Counted from the stretch's first letter, positions 30,433 to 39,825 are shown. The stretch is 64,000 nucleotides of DNA from an uncultured Gemmatimonadales bacterium (GCA_963737835.1 CAVTUH010000001.1:2914022-2978021), one strand, 5' to 3'. Notes: generated by a model from the sequence alone, not told the origin. Numbers and translations: made by a program.

Positions 30433-30471
30433 GAGAAAGGAGAAGCGCAGAAAGGAGAGAGGAGAAAACGG
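30433..30471. repeat. Purine-rich GGA-repeat tract
   Basis: gagaaaggagaagcgcagaaaggagagaggagaaaacgg immediately after the M28 peptidase stop. Confidence 0.55.
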
Positions 30472-30478
30472 CGGGACT

Positions 30479-30503
30479 GGGCGACGCGATGCGTCGCCTT
30501 TTG
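30479..30503 (+). terminator. Rho-independent terminator (REP-derived hairpin + TTTTG)
   Basis: gggcgacgcgatgcgtcgcc stem-loop followed by ttttg, 60 nt after the peptidase stop. Confidence 0.6.
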
Positions 30504-30687
30504 ATTGCAGAACCAATTGTTCGAGACGTCCGTCAGCACTCATCTCCAACGAGTGCTACACAAAGCGTGACACGCTGTTTCGCGCTCGCTTTGCGATCGT
30601 CGCCTACTAAATCGCCCGCGTGTCGAGCAGGCGTGGCACGTTCGGTGTATAAGCGCAGTAGTCGGTACGGCGACGAACGGAGAGACC

Positions 30688-31419
30688 ATGATCCTGGCGA
30701 ACGTCCGACGCACGTTGCAACGCGACGATGCGCAATTAGCCCTTCGGTTGATCGGACACGAGTCGCAGGCGGCATACGATCGCGCGGAGGCGACGCTGCG
30801 CGACCAGGGACTCGATGAGCTGCTCGACGACCCGCGCCTGCTGGCCGGTCTGCTGGAGCGTCGCCCGGGCGTGTGCGCGTCGTATCCGCTGTTCTCCTAC
30901 GTCATCGTGCGGCACGCGCTGTGTGACGTGGGAGAGCGCGATCGCGTGATGGCGGATTTTGTCGCGTCGATCATCATGCACTTCGGTCTGCGGGACCGCG
31001 CGAGCAAGGTGACGGACATCAATGACGAGCAATACGACACGCTCGTGGGCCTCACGGGAGCGACGAGTGGCCCGGATGTGCGCCGCGCATTCCTCGTGCA
31101 GGCACACATGGGCAACTATGCGCTCTGGTTGAGTGGCATGTTCCCCGACTACATCGAGGCACGCCGCTCCCGGCGCGGCGCACCGCCACTCGACTACTAC
31201 GAGGAGATGGGTCGCCGCGGCTACGAGCTCGCCGCGTCGCACCGACTCGCAGCAGAACACGGACTCGCGACACTCTTCACCACGGCGGCGCGTCGTTTCG
31301 GCACGCTTCGGATCGCGCTCAATCGCGTCAGCGACGCGTACTTGTTTCCGAACGCGCATAGTCCGGAGCGTCTCATGCGTCAGGTGCAGGACGAAGCACG
31401 GTGGCGGATGGTGAGTTGA
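30688..31419 (+). CDS. Hypothetical cytoplasmic protein (243 aa)
   Basis: Intact ORF with genome-typical codon bias. No family recognised. Confidence 0.5.
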   Translation: MILANVRRTLQRDDAQLALRLIGHESQAAYDRAEATLRDQGLDELLDDPRLLAGLLERRPGVCASYPLFSYVIVRHALCDVGERDRVMADFVASIIMHFGLRDRASKVTDINDEQYDTLVGLTGATSGPDVRRAFLVQAHMGNYALWLSGMFPDYIEARRSRRGAPPLDYYEEMGRRGYELAASHRLAAEHGLATLFTTAARRFGTLRIALNRVSDAYLFPNAHSPERLMRQVQDEARWRMVS

Positions 31420-31420
31420 C

Positions 31421-31534
31421 GGCAGGGGTCAGGGGTCAGGGGTCAGGGGTCAGGGAACAAACGACGAAGGCCGGTCGCTGTGCGATGCGACCGGCCTTCC
31501 GATTTGTTCCCTGACCCCTGACCCCCGACCCCCG
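31421..31534. repeat. Composite hairpin element: (GGGGTCA)4 G-quadruplex-type arm, 12-bp central stem, (TGACCCC)n arm
   Basis: ggcaggggtcaggggtcaggggtcaggggtcagggaac / gaaggccggtcg-ctgtgcgatg-cgaccggccttc / ttccctgacccctgacccccgacccccg. It occupies the whole gap between two convergent stop codons (31419 and 31538). Confidence 0.85.
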
Positions 31535-31537
31535 TGG

Positions 31538-32464
31538 TTACGGCTTCGGCAGTTGTATCATCGGCATCGCGCTGCCGGAGACTTGCGGCATCTGGCCGTT
31601 CCACTTCTTGGCCATCTCGTATGAGACGAGATTGGGTGTGATGCTCTCGGACAGCAAGCGGTTCGCCTTTGCCTGCGCCTCGGCTTCGCCGAGGATGGCC
31701 TTGGCGTGGCCGGCGGCTTCTATGGAGTCGCCGGTCGCCTGGAACTGTTTCTTCTGGAGCTCGTTCTGTGACGTCAACGCGGCCTGCTGCATCACGTTCT
31801 TCGCGTTGATCGCGTCGATCACGGACTGCGGCGCCCGAATCTCGTTGATGGTGAATTGCTTCACCAGGAAACCGTAGGGCCTCAGGTTCTTCTCCAGCAT
31901 GTCCTGCGTGCGCGTGACCACCTCTGCCTTTTTCGGCCCCAGGATGTCGGCGATCGCTTCGCTGCCGACGACCGTTTGCAAGGCCTGGCGGATGGTCTGC
32001 TTCACGTAGTTGTGCTGGATCGTCTCGATGTTATTGCGGAAGGTCTTGTACAGCTCGGGCACCTGCGCGGCGTCGAGCTCGAAGGACATCGCTACGTCCA
32101 GAGAAACGGGCTGTCCCTCAACGCTATTGACGTTGATTTCCTCGTTGTCGGGCGATCCCTCGGACGGATTTTTCGCGAGCACGAGGGTCTGCATGTAGAT
32201 CGGGTACTCCTCGATGCCGGTCGTCAGCGGATTCCGCGTGTGCAATCCCGCAGTGAGCGGCGTTGCCTCGACACCGCCGCCCGTGCGGCTGATGACAATG
32301 CCCACGTGACCCGGGTGGATGTATGTCACGGTCGTCGGGAGCAGCAGCAGCATGACGACGATGCCCACGACGATCCCAGCGAGTCGGAGCGTGGTGTGGC
32401 CAACACCGCCATCGCCGCCGGCGGATCGCATTTGTGAAAATCGACTTGTGAAGGTGCTAGTCAT
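31538..32464 (-). CDS. SPFH/Band-7 (stomatin/HflK-like) membrane protein
   Basis: N-terminal TM helix followed by an SPFH domain and coiled-coil. Start chosen at ATG 32464. Confidence 0.8.
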   Translation of the reverse strand: MTSTFTSRFSQMRSAGGDGGVGHTTLRLAGIVVGIVVMLLLLPTTVTYIHPGHVGIVISRTGGGVEATPLTAGLHTRNPLTTGIEEYPIYMQTLVLAKNPSEGSPDNEEINVNSVEGQPVSLDVAMSFELDAAQVPELYKTFRNNIETIQHNYVKQTIRQALQTVVGSEAIADILGPKKAEVVTRTQDMLEKNLRPYGFLVKQFTINEIRAPQSVIDAINAKNVMQQAALTSQNELQKKQFQATGDSIEAAGHAKAILGEAEAQAKANRLLSESITPNLVSYEMAKKWNGQMPQVSGSAMPMIQLPKP

Positions 32465-32720
32465 GTACGACCTCCTTAAAGCACTCGGGGCAAATGCGCT
32501 CCCCGCTTGGGAGCAGCACCATGTCAGTGGCGGCGTGAGGCCCGTGCACCGGGCACGTGCGCTCCGCCGCCTGCTCAATGAGGATGCGGTTGCGGGCCTG
32601 CCGCACTCGCAGCCCGAGTGGCGTGAATTGGAGGAGGGCGAAGACCGCGACAACCACTATTGTCGCGACGAGCCCTATAAAGAGTACGCCCTCAAGAACG
32701 ATCTCGACCATAGATAACAA
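32457..32720 (-). CDS. Small membrane protein with C-terminal zinc-ribbon (CPVHG…CPEC), SPFH-operon partner
   Basis: 87 aa, one TM helix. Overlaps the SPFH gene start by 8 nt. Plays an NfeD-like positional role. Confidence 0.55.
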   Translation of the reverse strand: MLSMVEIVLEGVLFIGLVATIVVVAVFALLQFTPLGLRVRQARNRILIEQAAERTCPVHGPHAATDMVLLPSGERICPECFKEVVHD

Positions 32721-32759
32721 TACTGGTGGGGCCGGATTTCGGGGTTTGTGCGGGGGAAT

Positions 32760-32874
32760 GGGACGTTAGACGTTGGACGTTAGACGTTGGAGAACAAACC
32801 GCGAGGGCCGGCTTGCTTCACCGTGGCTGGACTCGAGGTTGTCTTCTAACGTCTAACGTCCAACGTCCAACGTC
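32760..32874. repeat. Composite hairpin element, (GACGTTR)n-arm variant
   Basis: gggacgttagacgttggacgttagacgttggagaacaaacc…central…ggttgtcttctaacgtctaacgtccaacgtccaacgtc. The right arm encodes the last 8 codons and the stop of the C26 peptidase gene. Confidence 0.8.
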
Positions 32875-33644
32875 TGCCGTGTCACTATCGCCTCGGCCAG
32901 CGCGGCGAAGAGCCCGTGGTCGGGGGCCTGGTCGTCGCGCACGAACTCCTCGGGATGCCACTGCACGCCCGTGAGCCACCAGCGGTCGTCATCGGCGCCT
33001 TCCACGGCTTCGACAATGCCGTCGGGCGCGGTCGCCGTCAGGACGAGCCCCGGCGCGAGACGGTCGATCGCCTGGTGGTGGACCGAGTTGACCTGCAGCG
33101 TAGTCGCGCCGAGCGCTCGCGCCACCCGCGAACCCTCGACCACTCGAACTGCGTGCGTGCGCGCGTTGCGCGGGGCATCAGGATCGTGTCCAAGCGCGTG
33201 CGGCCGCTCGCTCGGGATATCCTGAATCAGTGTGCCGCCGAGCGCCACGTTGAGCACCTGAATGCCACGGCAAATGGCGAGCGTCGGGAGTCCTCGCTGC
33301 GACGCCGCAAGGACCGCGGCGATCTCCGTTGCGTCACGCGCGGCGTTGGTTGGGCCCAGGTGCGGACTGGGCGAGGCACCATAGCGGGCAGGGTCCACGT
33401 CCTCTCCGCCGGTCAACACGAGCGCGTCGACCGCATCGAGCACGCGGCCGACCGCCGCCGCCACCGCCGATGCTGTCCCGTTGAACGGCGGAAGGACGAT
33501 GGGCACGAGCCGGGCGCGTTCCAGGATCGCGAGGTAGGCCGCCGGCAATCGCACCCGCGGAACACCGTCGTCGTCCGCGCGGATCGTCGCGGTCACCGCA
33601 ACGATCGGATGCTCGCTGTCCTGCTCGGTGAGGTGTCGAGGCAT
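32853..33644 (-). CDS. Class I glutamine amidotransferase-like / peptidase C26 (gamma-glutamyl hydrolase PuuD-like)
   Basis: Catalytic triad context …LAICRGIQVLN… and …HHQAI… typical of C26/GATase1. Confidence 0.8.
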   Translation of the reverse strand: MPRHLTEQDSEHPIVAVTATIRADDDGVPRVRLPAAYLAILERARLVPIVLPPFNGTASAVAAAVGRVLDAVDALVLTGGEDVDPARYGASPSPHLGPTNAARDATEIAAVLAASQRGLPTLAICRGIQVLNVALGGTLIQDIPSERPHALGHDPDAPRNARTHAVRVVEGSRVARALGATTLQVNSVHHQAIDRLAPGLVLTATAPDGIVEAVEGADDDRWWLTGVQWHPEEFVRDDQAPDHGLFAALAEAIVTRQTLDVGR

Positions 33645-33673
33645 GGCACTGACAATATACGAACGGCGACTGC

Positions 33674-33765
33674 GGGATCAGGGATCACGGGTCGGGGGTC
33701 GGGGGTCAGGGGACGGCGGCTAGCGCCGCCGTAGAAAGGAGAAAGGAGAGAGGAGAGAGGAGACA
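33674..33765. repeat. G-rich heptamer arm (gggatcagggatcacgggtcgggggtcgggggtcagggg), small hairpin, then purine-rich GGA tract
   Basis: In the divergent region between the C26 peptidase and the outer-membrane protein genes. The tract is gaaaggagaaaggagagaggagagaggagac. Confidence 0.6.
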
Positions 33766-33893
33766 AGACGGCACATTGAGGGAACGACTGCTGATCCTGC
33801 GCGGTCGGCCTTGTGTGACGGCGGCTGCGGTGTAACGTGGCGTTACGGCTAGGGCTGGTTGGAACGCGCTCTGGGTCAGGGACTTAGCTCCGG

Positions 33894-35705
33894 TTGGTCA
33901 TGGAGGCTGCTGGCCGAGGGCGCAGGGAGGAACGCACGCGCGAACGAGGATATCCCGTCGCCCTCTGGTGCACGGGAGCGTTGCCGATTGCCATGAGCAT
34001 GGGTCTGACTGTGCCGGGGGGCCTGCTGGCGGCGCAGGACACCTCGCGCGTGGTGAGTCCGTGCGATGGCCGCGTCGTGAGCGCCATCGACATCCAGTCC
34101 CGCGCCCCCTACTACGCTGGATTCGGAGGCGCGTGGCGTCAGCTGGCGCGCGGGCTGACAGCGATACACGCGGTGACGCGGCCGCAAGTAATCCGCAATT
34201 TTCTCGCGCTTCATGTCGGCGAGGCTTGCACGGAGCTTCGGCGGGAGGAGTCGGAGCGCATCCTGCGCGCGCAGCCGTTTCTGGCCGAGGTCCGCGTGAC
34301 GCCGTACGACGACGGTCAAGGCGGAGTACGCGTCGCCGTCGTCACGGCTGACGAAATCTCGCTCCAGGGCGGACTCGCCGTTCGCAGCCAGGCGCCGCAC
34401 TTCACCGCGGCGACACTTGGTGAAGGAAACCTGAGCGGGCAGGGCGTCAGCGTCCTCGGCGCGTGGGCCGACGGCCTGGGACTTCGCGATCGATACTCGG
34501 GGCGCATCACGCAGTACACCGTGTTCGGCAAGCCCTGGGAGTTGTCGCTGCAAGGCACGCGCGACGTCCTGGGCGGATACTGGACCGGCACCTTCGTCCA
34601 TCCGTTCTTCACGGACCTGCAACGCTTCGGATGGATCGCTCAAGCGGGTGAGCGGCGCACATACGTCGGATTCCTCAATGCCGCAACGCCGCTTGCCCCG
34701 TATCTCGACATGCGCCGCCGGTTCGCGCAGGTGGGCGGCGTGGGTCGCGTCCAGGGTGGTCCCGGCCACCTGGCGCTCTTCGGCATGTCGGTCTCCGATG
34801 AGCGTGAAGCGCCTGGGTCGCAGCCGGTGCTGTTGCCGCCCGGGGCTGGCACCCGCCCGGACACCAATCCCGGGCTCGTCGCACGCTACTCGGAGTTCAA
34901 CGCGACCCGGATCAATGTCATCGGCGGGGTCCGAGATGTCCGCTTCCTGCGTGTGCGCGGGTTCGATGCGTTGAGCGGTGAACAGGACATCATGTTGGGG
35001 ACAGAGATCGGCGTGGTGGGTGGACGCAGCGTACACCTGCTCGGTTCGTCGACGAACGACGTGTTCCTGGGCTCGGGCGGGTATGCGGGGATTGGCTCAT
35101 CGCGCTTCTTGTTGGCTGCACAAGCGAGTGGGGAAGCGCGCGACGATCTCGGCTCGGGCGACTGGGATGACATCTTCGTCTCGGGTCGTGGTGCCCTGTA
35201 CTGGAAGCCGGTACCCGTCCACACGGTGGTACTCAGCGAAGAGTACTCGCTCGGTTTCGACTCGCACGTCCCGTTCGCACTCACGTTCGCAGATCCGCGA
35301 GGCGGCGTCCGGGGGTTCACAGGATCGCTGGTCGCCGGCGGCCAGCGCAGTGTGACGAGATTCGAGGAGCGATGGCTCCTCGGCCCCATCAAGTCGATCG
35401 GCGAGATTGGCGTGGCGGGCTTCGCCGACGTCGGACGCATTTGGGCGGAAGGGGTCCCGTACGGTGTGAATTCGCCCACTGCGGTCGGCGTCGGGTTCAG
35501 CGTGCTTGCCGCCATACCGGTCCACTCGAAACGTCTGTGGCGGGTCGACTTCGCGTTTCCCGTCACCTCCGATCCCAACGCCCGATTCAGCGTGCGTTTC
35601 ACGAGCACCAATGGCTCCGAGCGATTCTACATCGAGCCGCGCGACATCGCGCTCGCGCGCACGCAATCGGTGCCGACGCAGATATTCGAGTACCCCGCGC
35701 AATAG
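33894..35705 (+). CDS. Outer-membrane beta-barrel protein, possibly Omp85/FhaC-like
   Basis: Signal-like N-terminus, long Gly/aromatic-rich beta-strand pattern, C-terminal aromatic residue region. Family uncertain and start uncertain (33894 to ~34000). Confidence 0.45.
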   Translation: MVMEAAGRGRREERTRERGYPVALWCTGALPIAMSMGLTVPGGLLAAQDTSRVVSPCDGRVVSAIDIQSRAPYYAGFGGAWRQLARGLTAIHAVTRPQVIRNFLALHVGEACTELRREESERILRAQPFLAEVRVTPYDDGQGGVRVAVVTADEISLQGGLAVRSQAPHFTAATLGEGNLSGQGVSVLGAWADGLGLRDRYSGRITQYTVFGKPWELSLQGTRDVLGGYWTGTFVHPFFTDLQRFGWIAQAGERRTYVGFLNAATPLAPYLDMRRRFAQVGGVGRVQGGPGHLALFGMSVSDEREAPGSQPVLLPPGAGTRPDTNPGLVARYSEFNATRINVIGGVRDVRFLRVRGFDALSGEQDIMLGTEIGVVGGRSVHLLGSSTNDVFLGSGGYAGIGSSRFLLAAQASGEARDDLGSGDWDDIFVSGRGALYWKPVPVHTVVLSEEYSLGFDSHVPFALTFADPRGGVRGFTGSLVAGGQRSVTRFEERWLLGPIKSIGEIGVAGFADVGRIWAEGVPYGVNSPTAVGVGFSVLAAIPVHSKRLWRVDFAFPVTSDPNARFSVRFTSTNGSERFYIEPRDIALARTQSVPTQIFEYPAQ

Positions 35706-35707
35706 GC

Positions 35708-35869
35708 TGGACGTTAGACGTTGAACGTTAGACGTTGGAAAACAACCCTCGAGGGCTAGCGGGATGCGCCGTGGCTGGCCTTCGAAATTTGTTTCCATCG
35801 TCTAACGTCCCAACGTCCCAACGTCCCAACGTCTAATGGCGGGCGACGCATTGCGTCGCCCCTACCCGC
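35708..35869. repeat. Composite hairpin element ((GACGTTR)n-arm variant) immediately followed by a palindromic REP-like copy
   Basis: ggacgttagacgttgaacgttagacgttggaaaac…tttccatcgtctaacgtcccaacgtcccaacgtcccaacgtc, then ggcgggcgacgcattgcgtcgcccctacccgc. Confidence 0.8.
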
Positions 35870-35921
35870 TGGGTAGCAAGCGCCGTGGTCGTTCCCCTAA
35901 CCCCTACGTCCCGACCTTCAG

Positions 35922-37565
35922 TCAGGCCGCGACCTGGGCGACCGACCGGGTTTGCGCGACCGAATTCAAGAACGCCTGATACACCTCGTGCCGCCACCAG
36001 GCACGACTGGCGTGCATCTCGGCCAGTGCGGCGTCGTGCGGGAAGGCGGCTCGGTAGGTGCGATGGGTTGTGAGCGCGTCGTAGACATCGGCAATGCAGA
36101 TGACCTGGGCGGCGAGTGGAATCTCGTCTCCGCGCAGCCGGTCGGGGTAGCCACTCCCGTCCACTTTCTCGTGATGCGATCGGATGATTGTCTTGACATC
36201 CCAGGGGAACTCGACCGATCCCAGCATCTCGAGCCCGTACAATGGGTGCATTTCCATGATCTCCCGCTCCTCGCGCGTGAGCGGGCCAGGCTTGTTCAAG
36301 ATCTCATGCGGCACGCGGACCTTGCCGAGGTCGTGGAGATACGCGCCCAGTCGCACCGTGGTGCGGTCATACTCATCCCAGCCGAGCGCCTCTGAAATCG
36401 CGTCAGCGTATTGGGCGACCCGCTCGGAATGGCCAAAGGTGTATGCGTCAGCCGATTCGATCGATCGGCCCCACCCGGCCACAAGGTCCAGATCAATGCG
36501 CTCCAACGCCGCCATCTTGCCGCCAACGTCCTGCGCATCGGCCCGGGCTCCCCATCTCGTGAAGAGACGGTGGGCGGAATTGAGCATCCGCAGGGCTTCC
36601 TGGTTGCGATCGAGGCGCTGGTACAGGATCGCGAGCTCACGAGTTGCCTCTGCTTCATCGAGGACCGCGCCGCTTTCCGTCGCCATGGCGATCGCTGACT
36701 GCAGGCGGGCTTCGGCGAGGGGGGACGCGCCGGTATCGCGGTAGATCATGCCGAGAAACTTGTACGCTTCGGATCGACCACGCCGTACGCCCAGCTCGTC
36801 GAACAGCTGCAAGGCCTCTTCCGCGCTTCGTCGCGCGTCCTCGTAGCGCTGCAACGCAATATGGACCTCGCTGCGATTGATCAATACAAGGCCGCGCAGT
36901 TGTCGATCGCCCAGTGCGTTGGCGATCTCGAGACTCGCTTCGAAGTAGCGGTCGGCAGCGGCCCATTGTTCCTGATCGGCGTTGATCATGCCGAGGTTGT
37001 GGTACGCCGTGGCGCACATCCGCCTGTCCCCCGCCAATCGGAACGCCTCGAGCGATTGCTCGTAGCACGCGAGCGCCGCTGTAAAATCGCCACGAATGTT
37101 CGCGACGATGCCGAGGTTCTGCTGGATTCGCCCGCGCAGATCCGGCCGGTGTCCGCCGAGTGCCAAGGCCTGCTCGAGCGTCGCTTGTGCCGCGACCGTG
37201 TCGCCGCGCTCGAATTGGATGGCGCCCAAACCGTTCATCGCTTCGGCCGTCAGCTCGATGTCGGGGACGGCCGCTGCGACAGCGCAGCTTTCGCGACAGA
37301 GCTCGAGGGCGGCATCGAAATCCTGCCGCCGGCGCTTGATGGATGCGTGACGACGGAGAGCCTCCGCCTTCGCGGCGAGGTCCCAGGGAGCCGCCGACGC
37401 GCTGGCCGCCGCAGCCGCGTAGGCGCGCGCCGCGTCATCGAGACAACCACGCTGCTCGTGCTCTTTGCCAGATGTGAGTGCCGATTCGGCGGCGCTCAGT
37501 CCTTCCCGGCGGGCTCCTCGCGGCGGGGACGGGACCACAGTCGACCCGTCCGCCTTACTCGGCAA
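35922..37565 (-). CDS. HD-GYP domain phosphodiesterase with N-terminal TPR repeats
   Basis: HD…HDLGK…HHEKVDGSGYP (GYP motif) in the C-terminal half. Multiple TPR-like repeats in the N-terminal 350 aa. Confidence 0.8.
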   Translation of the reverse strand: MPSKADGSTVVPSPPRGARREGLSAAESALTSGKEHEQRGCLDDAARAYAAAAASASAAPWDLAAKAEALRRHASIKRRRQDFDAALELCRESCAVAAAVPDIELTAEAMNGLGAIQFERGDTVAAQATLEQALALGGHRPDLRGRIQQNLGIVANIRGDFTAALACYEQSLEAFRLAGDRRMCATAYHNLGMINADQEQWAAADRYFEASLEIANALGDRQLRGLVLINRSEVHIALQRYEDARRSAEEALQLFDELGVRRGRSEAYKFLGMIYRDTGASPLAEARLQSAIAMATESGAVLDEAEATRELAILYQRLDRNQEALRMLNSAHRLFTRWGARADAQDVGGKMAALERIDLDLVAGWGRSIESADAYTFGHSERVAQYADAISEALGWDEYDRTTVRLGAYLHDLGKVRVPHEILNKPGPLTREEREIMEMHPLYGLEMLGSVEFPWDVKTIIRSHHEKVDGSGYPDRLRGDEIPLAAQVICIADVYDALTTHRTYRAAFPHDAALAEMHASRAWWRHEVYQAFLNSVAQTRSVAQVAA

Positions 37566-38106
37566 CAGCGTACATCGAGAAGTGCGTGATGAGCCCGATG
37601 ACCTTATGCTGAGTCGGGTTCAGGATCGACTCGATGAGACCGAGCAATTTGGTCAACGGGTCGTTCACGTACACGATCGAGAGCGTGCCGGTGGGTTGCG
37701 GATTGCACTGCGCGTAGCTGAGCTGCAATGTCGCCGGCAGCAAGAAGTGCGTGCCTTGCGGCTCGAACTGAACGGCAATCGTATCGCTGGCGAGGGTGTG
37801 CGCCCTGATCGTGGTCGGGGCGAGCAACGCACCCGGTGGCACGTCCAGCTCGTGGGGACCAAATGTCAGCCGCCCCCCGAGCGGGCCAATCACGGCGGAG
37901 CCGCTATCGGGCGTGTTGCCGTTGCAAACGAAGAACGACAGCGAGTCGCCGAGGCCACCTCGCTGACCCACCGCTGCCGATGGTCCTGCGGACGAGACGC
38001 TCGTGGATTGTGGGGCGAGCGGCTGACGGTCGGCGACGCAGGCCACGAGACCAGCGGCAAACACCGCGACAACCGCCGCGACCAGTTGAGAAGTCCTGCG
38101 ACGCAT
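37555..38106 (-). CDS. Hypothetical lipoprotein
   Basis: Signal peptide with lipobox (AAGLVAC). Start overlaps the HD-GYP stop (operon). Start chosen at ATG 38106. Confidence 0.5.
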   Translation of the reverse strand: MRRRTSQLVAAVVAVFAAGLVACVADRQPLAPQSTSVSSAGPSAAVGQRGGLGDSLSFFVCNGNTPDSGSAVIGPLGGRLTFGPHELDVPPGALLAPTTIRAHTLASDTIAVQFEPQGTHFLLPATLQLSYAQCNPQPTGTLSIVYVNDPLTKLLGLIESILNPTQHKVIGLITHFSMYAVAE

Positions 38107-38370
38107 AAGAGATCCCCACCGCTGGTGACGTCGTTCCATACAGCCACCGGCACTCGCCGGGCGACTCGGTAACCCAGACCCATTTGGCAAGGTCGGTGCT
38201 CAACCGAGCTGGACTATAAATCGTTTCCGGCTAACGACCTAGTTGGCGGCTGTCGCGAGGCTTCGACACCGGGGGACCGTGCAAAACGCCAGAAAGTCAG
38301 GCGTTTTGCACGGGGCCAAATCAGGCGACTGTCGGAAGGTGGAAGCGGGGGCGACGGGTTCTTGCTGCCC

Positions 38371-39825
38371 TCAGTCGGCGCCGGCCGTCAGTCGTTTCAG
38401 CGCGGGGATGCACAGCACCAGGAGCACCGCGGCGGCGAACGACATCGCGAGGAGAATCGAGAAGAACACCGTTTGTGGCAGGTGTGAGCCAAGCGCGGCC
38501 AACCAGCCCGCGATCTTGTTTGCGCTGGCGTTGGTCAGGAACCAGGCACCCATGAGAAACGCCATGTAGCGGGCCGGGGCGACCTTGGTGACATACGACA
38601 GGCCGACCGGCGACACGCAGAGCTCACCCAACACGCTGAACAGGTAGAAGAGTGTGAGCCATGCGGGGCTCAAAACGGCGCACGACGCGGCGTGTTGGCC
38701 GAGGCACGTGTCGACTGCACGCCCGGCGATCAGGAGGAAAATGCAGGCAAAACCAATGAGACCGAGGCCGATCGCCATCTTCAAACGCGTCGACGGCTCA
38801 CGATTCACGTCGCGGAGGCGCCGCCACAGATACGCGAAGACCGGCGCGAGGACGATGACGAACAGGGGCTGCGCGGACTGGAACCAACTCGAGGGAATGG
38901 TGGAGGTTCCGACGCGGAGGTCGAGGTACCGTTCCGCGAAGAGATTCAATGAGCTTCCGGCTTGCTCGTACACGGCCCAGAAGAACACGACGAAGACAAA
39001 CATGATGAGGAGCGCGAGCACGCGGCGCTTCTCGTCGGGCGTCAGCTCCGCGGGTCGCGCGCTCGCCCTCGTCCCGGTCGGGAGGTTTGTCGTGGCGGTC
39101 GCCGATTGTGCCGTGGCCTGATGCAAGCCGATGCCGGGCAGGTACCTGTCGCGGTACCAGAGGTAGAGGGCGAGGCCACACAGCATCCCGACACCTGCTG
39201 AGGCGAATCCGAAGCTCCAGCTGCGGGTCGGATCGATGCCGGCGCGCGTCAACACGTCACGCATCGTCTCGCTCTGCGCGAACCATCCCGTGACGAGGGG
39301 TGCGAGAAACGCCCCGAGATTGATCCCCATATAAAAGATCGTGAACCCTGCGTCGCGTCGGCCATCACCGGGCCGGTAGATCTGTCCCACCATCGTCGAG
39401 ACGTTCGGCTTGAAAAAACCGGTGCCGATGACCACGAGCGCCAGGCCGAGCCAGAACGTCGGCACGGTCTGGAACGCGAGCGTGAACTGTCCCGCCGCAA
39501 TGATCAGCGCGCCGATGACCAGTGAGCGTCGTGTCCCGATGAGTCGATCCGCCAGGTATCCGCCACCCAGCGGTGTGAGGAACGCGAGCATCGTGTACCA
39601 GCCGTAGAGATTGTCGGCGTCCGCGTCGTGCCATTTGAGCACATGCACGAGGTACAGGACGAGCAGCGCTCGCATGCCGTAGTACGAAAACCGCTCCCAC
39701 ATCTCGACGAGGAAGAGCAGGCCCAGCCCGCGCGGATGTCCAAGCAGTGCGGTGTCGTCCAGCGCGGGCGGTCGATCGGCAACGGTTGCCACGACGTCGG
39801 CATCGGTGGAGGTCGATATCGCCAT
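38371..39825 (-). CDS. Proton-dependent oligopeptide transporter (POT/PTR2 family MFS)
   Basis: PTR2 signature region …FSYYGMRALLVLYL…, 12 or more TM segments, 484 aa. Confidence 0.85.
   Translation of the reverse strand: MAISTSTDADVVATVADRPPALDDTALLGHPRGLGLLFLVEMWERFSYYGMRALLVLYLVHVLKWHDADADNLYGWYTMLAFLTPLGGGYLADRLIGTRRSLVIGALIIAAGQFTLAFQTVPTFWLGLALVVIGTGFFKPNVSTMVGQIYRPGDGRRDAGFTIFYMGINLGAFLAPLVTGWFAQSETMRDVLTRAGIDPTRSWSFGFASAGVGMLCGLALYLWYRDRYLPGIGLHQATAQSATATTNLPTGTRASARPAELTPDEKRRVLALLIMFVFVVFFWAVYEQAGSSLNLFAERYLDLRVGTSTIPSSWFQSAQPLFVIVLAPVFAYLWRRLRDVNREPSTRLKMAIGLGLIGFACIFLLIAGRAVDTCLGQHAASCAVLSPAWLTLFYLFSVLGELCVSPVGLSYVTKVAPARYMAFLMGAWFLTNASANKIAGWLAALGSHLPQTVFFSILLAMSFAAAVLLVLCIPALKRLTAGAD

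Noticed and set aside
30630-30687. Sigma-54-like TGGCAC motif upstream of the 30688 gene
   Set aside because: The -12 element (TTGCW) is absent at the correct spacing, so this is a chance match.
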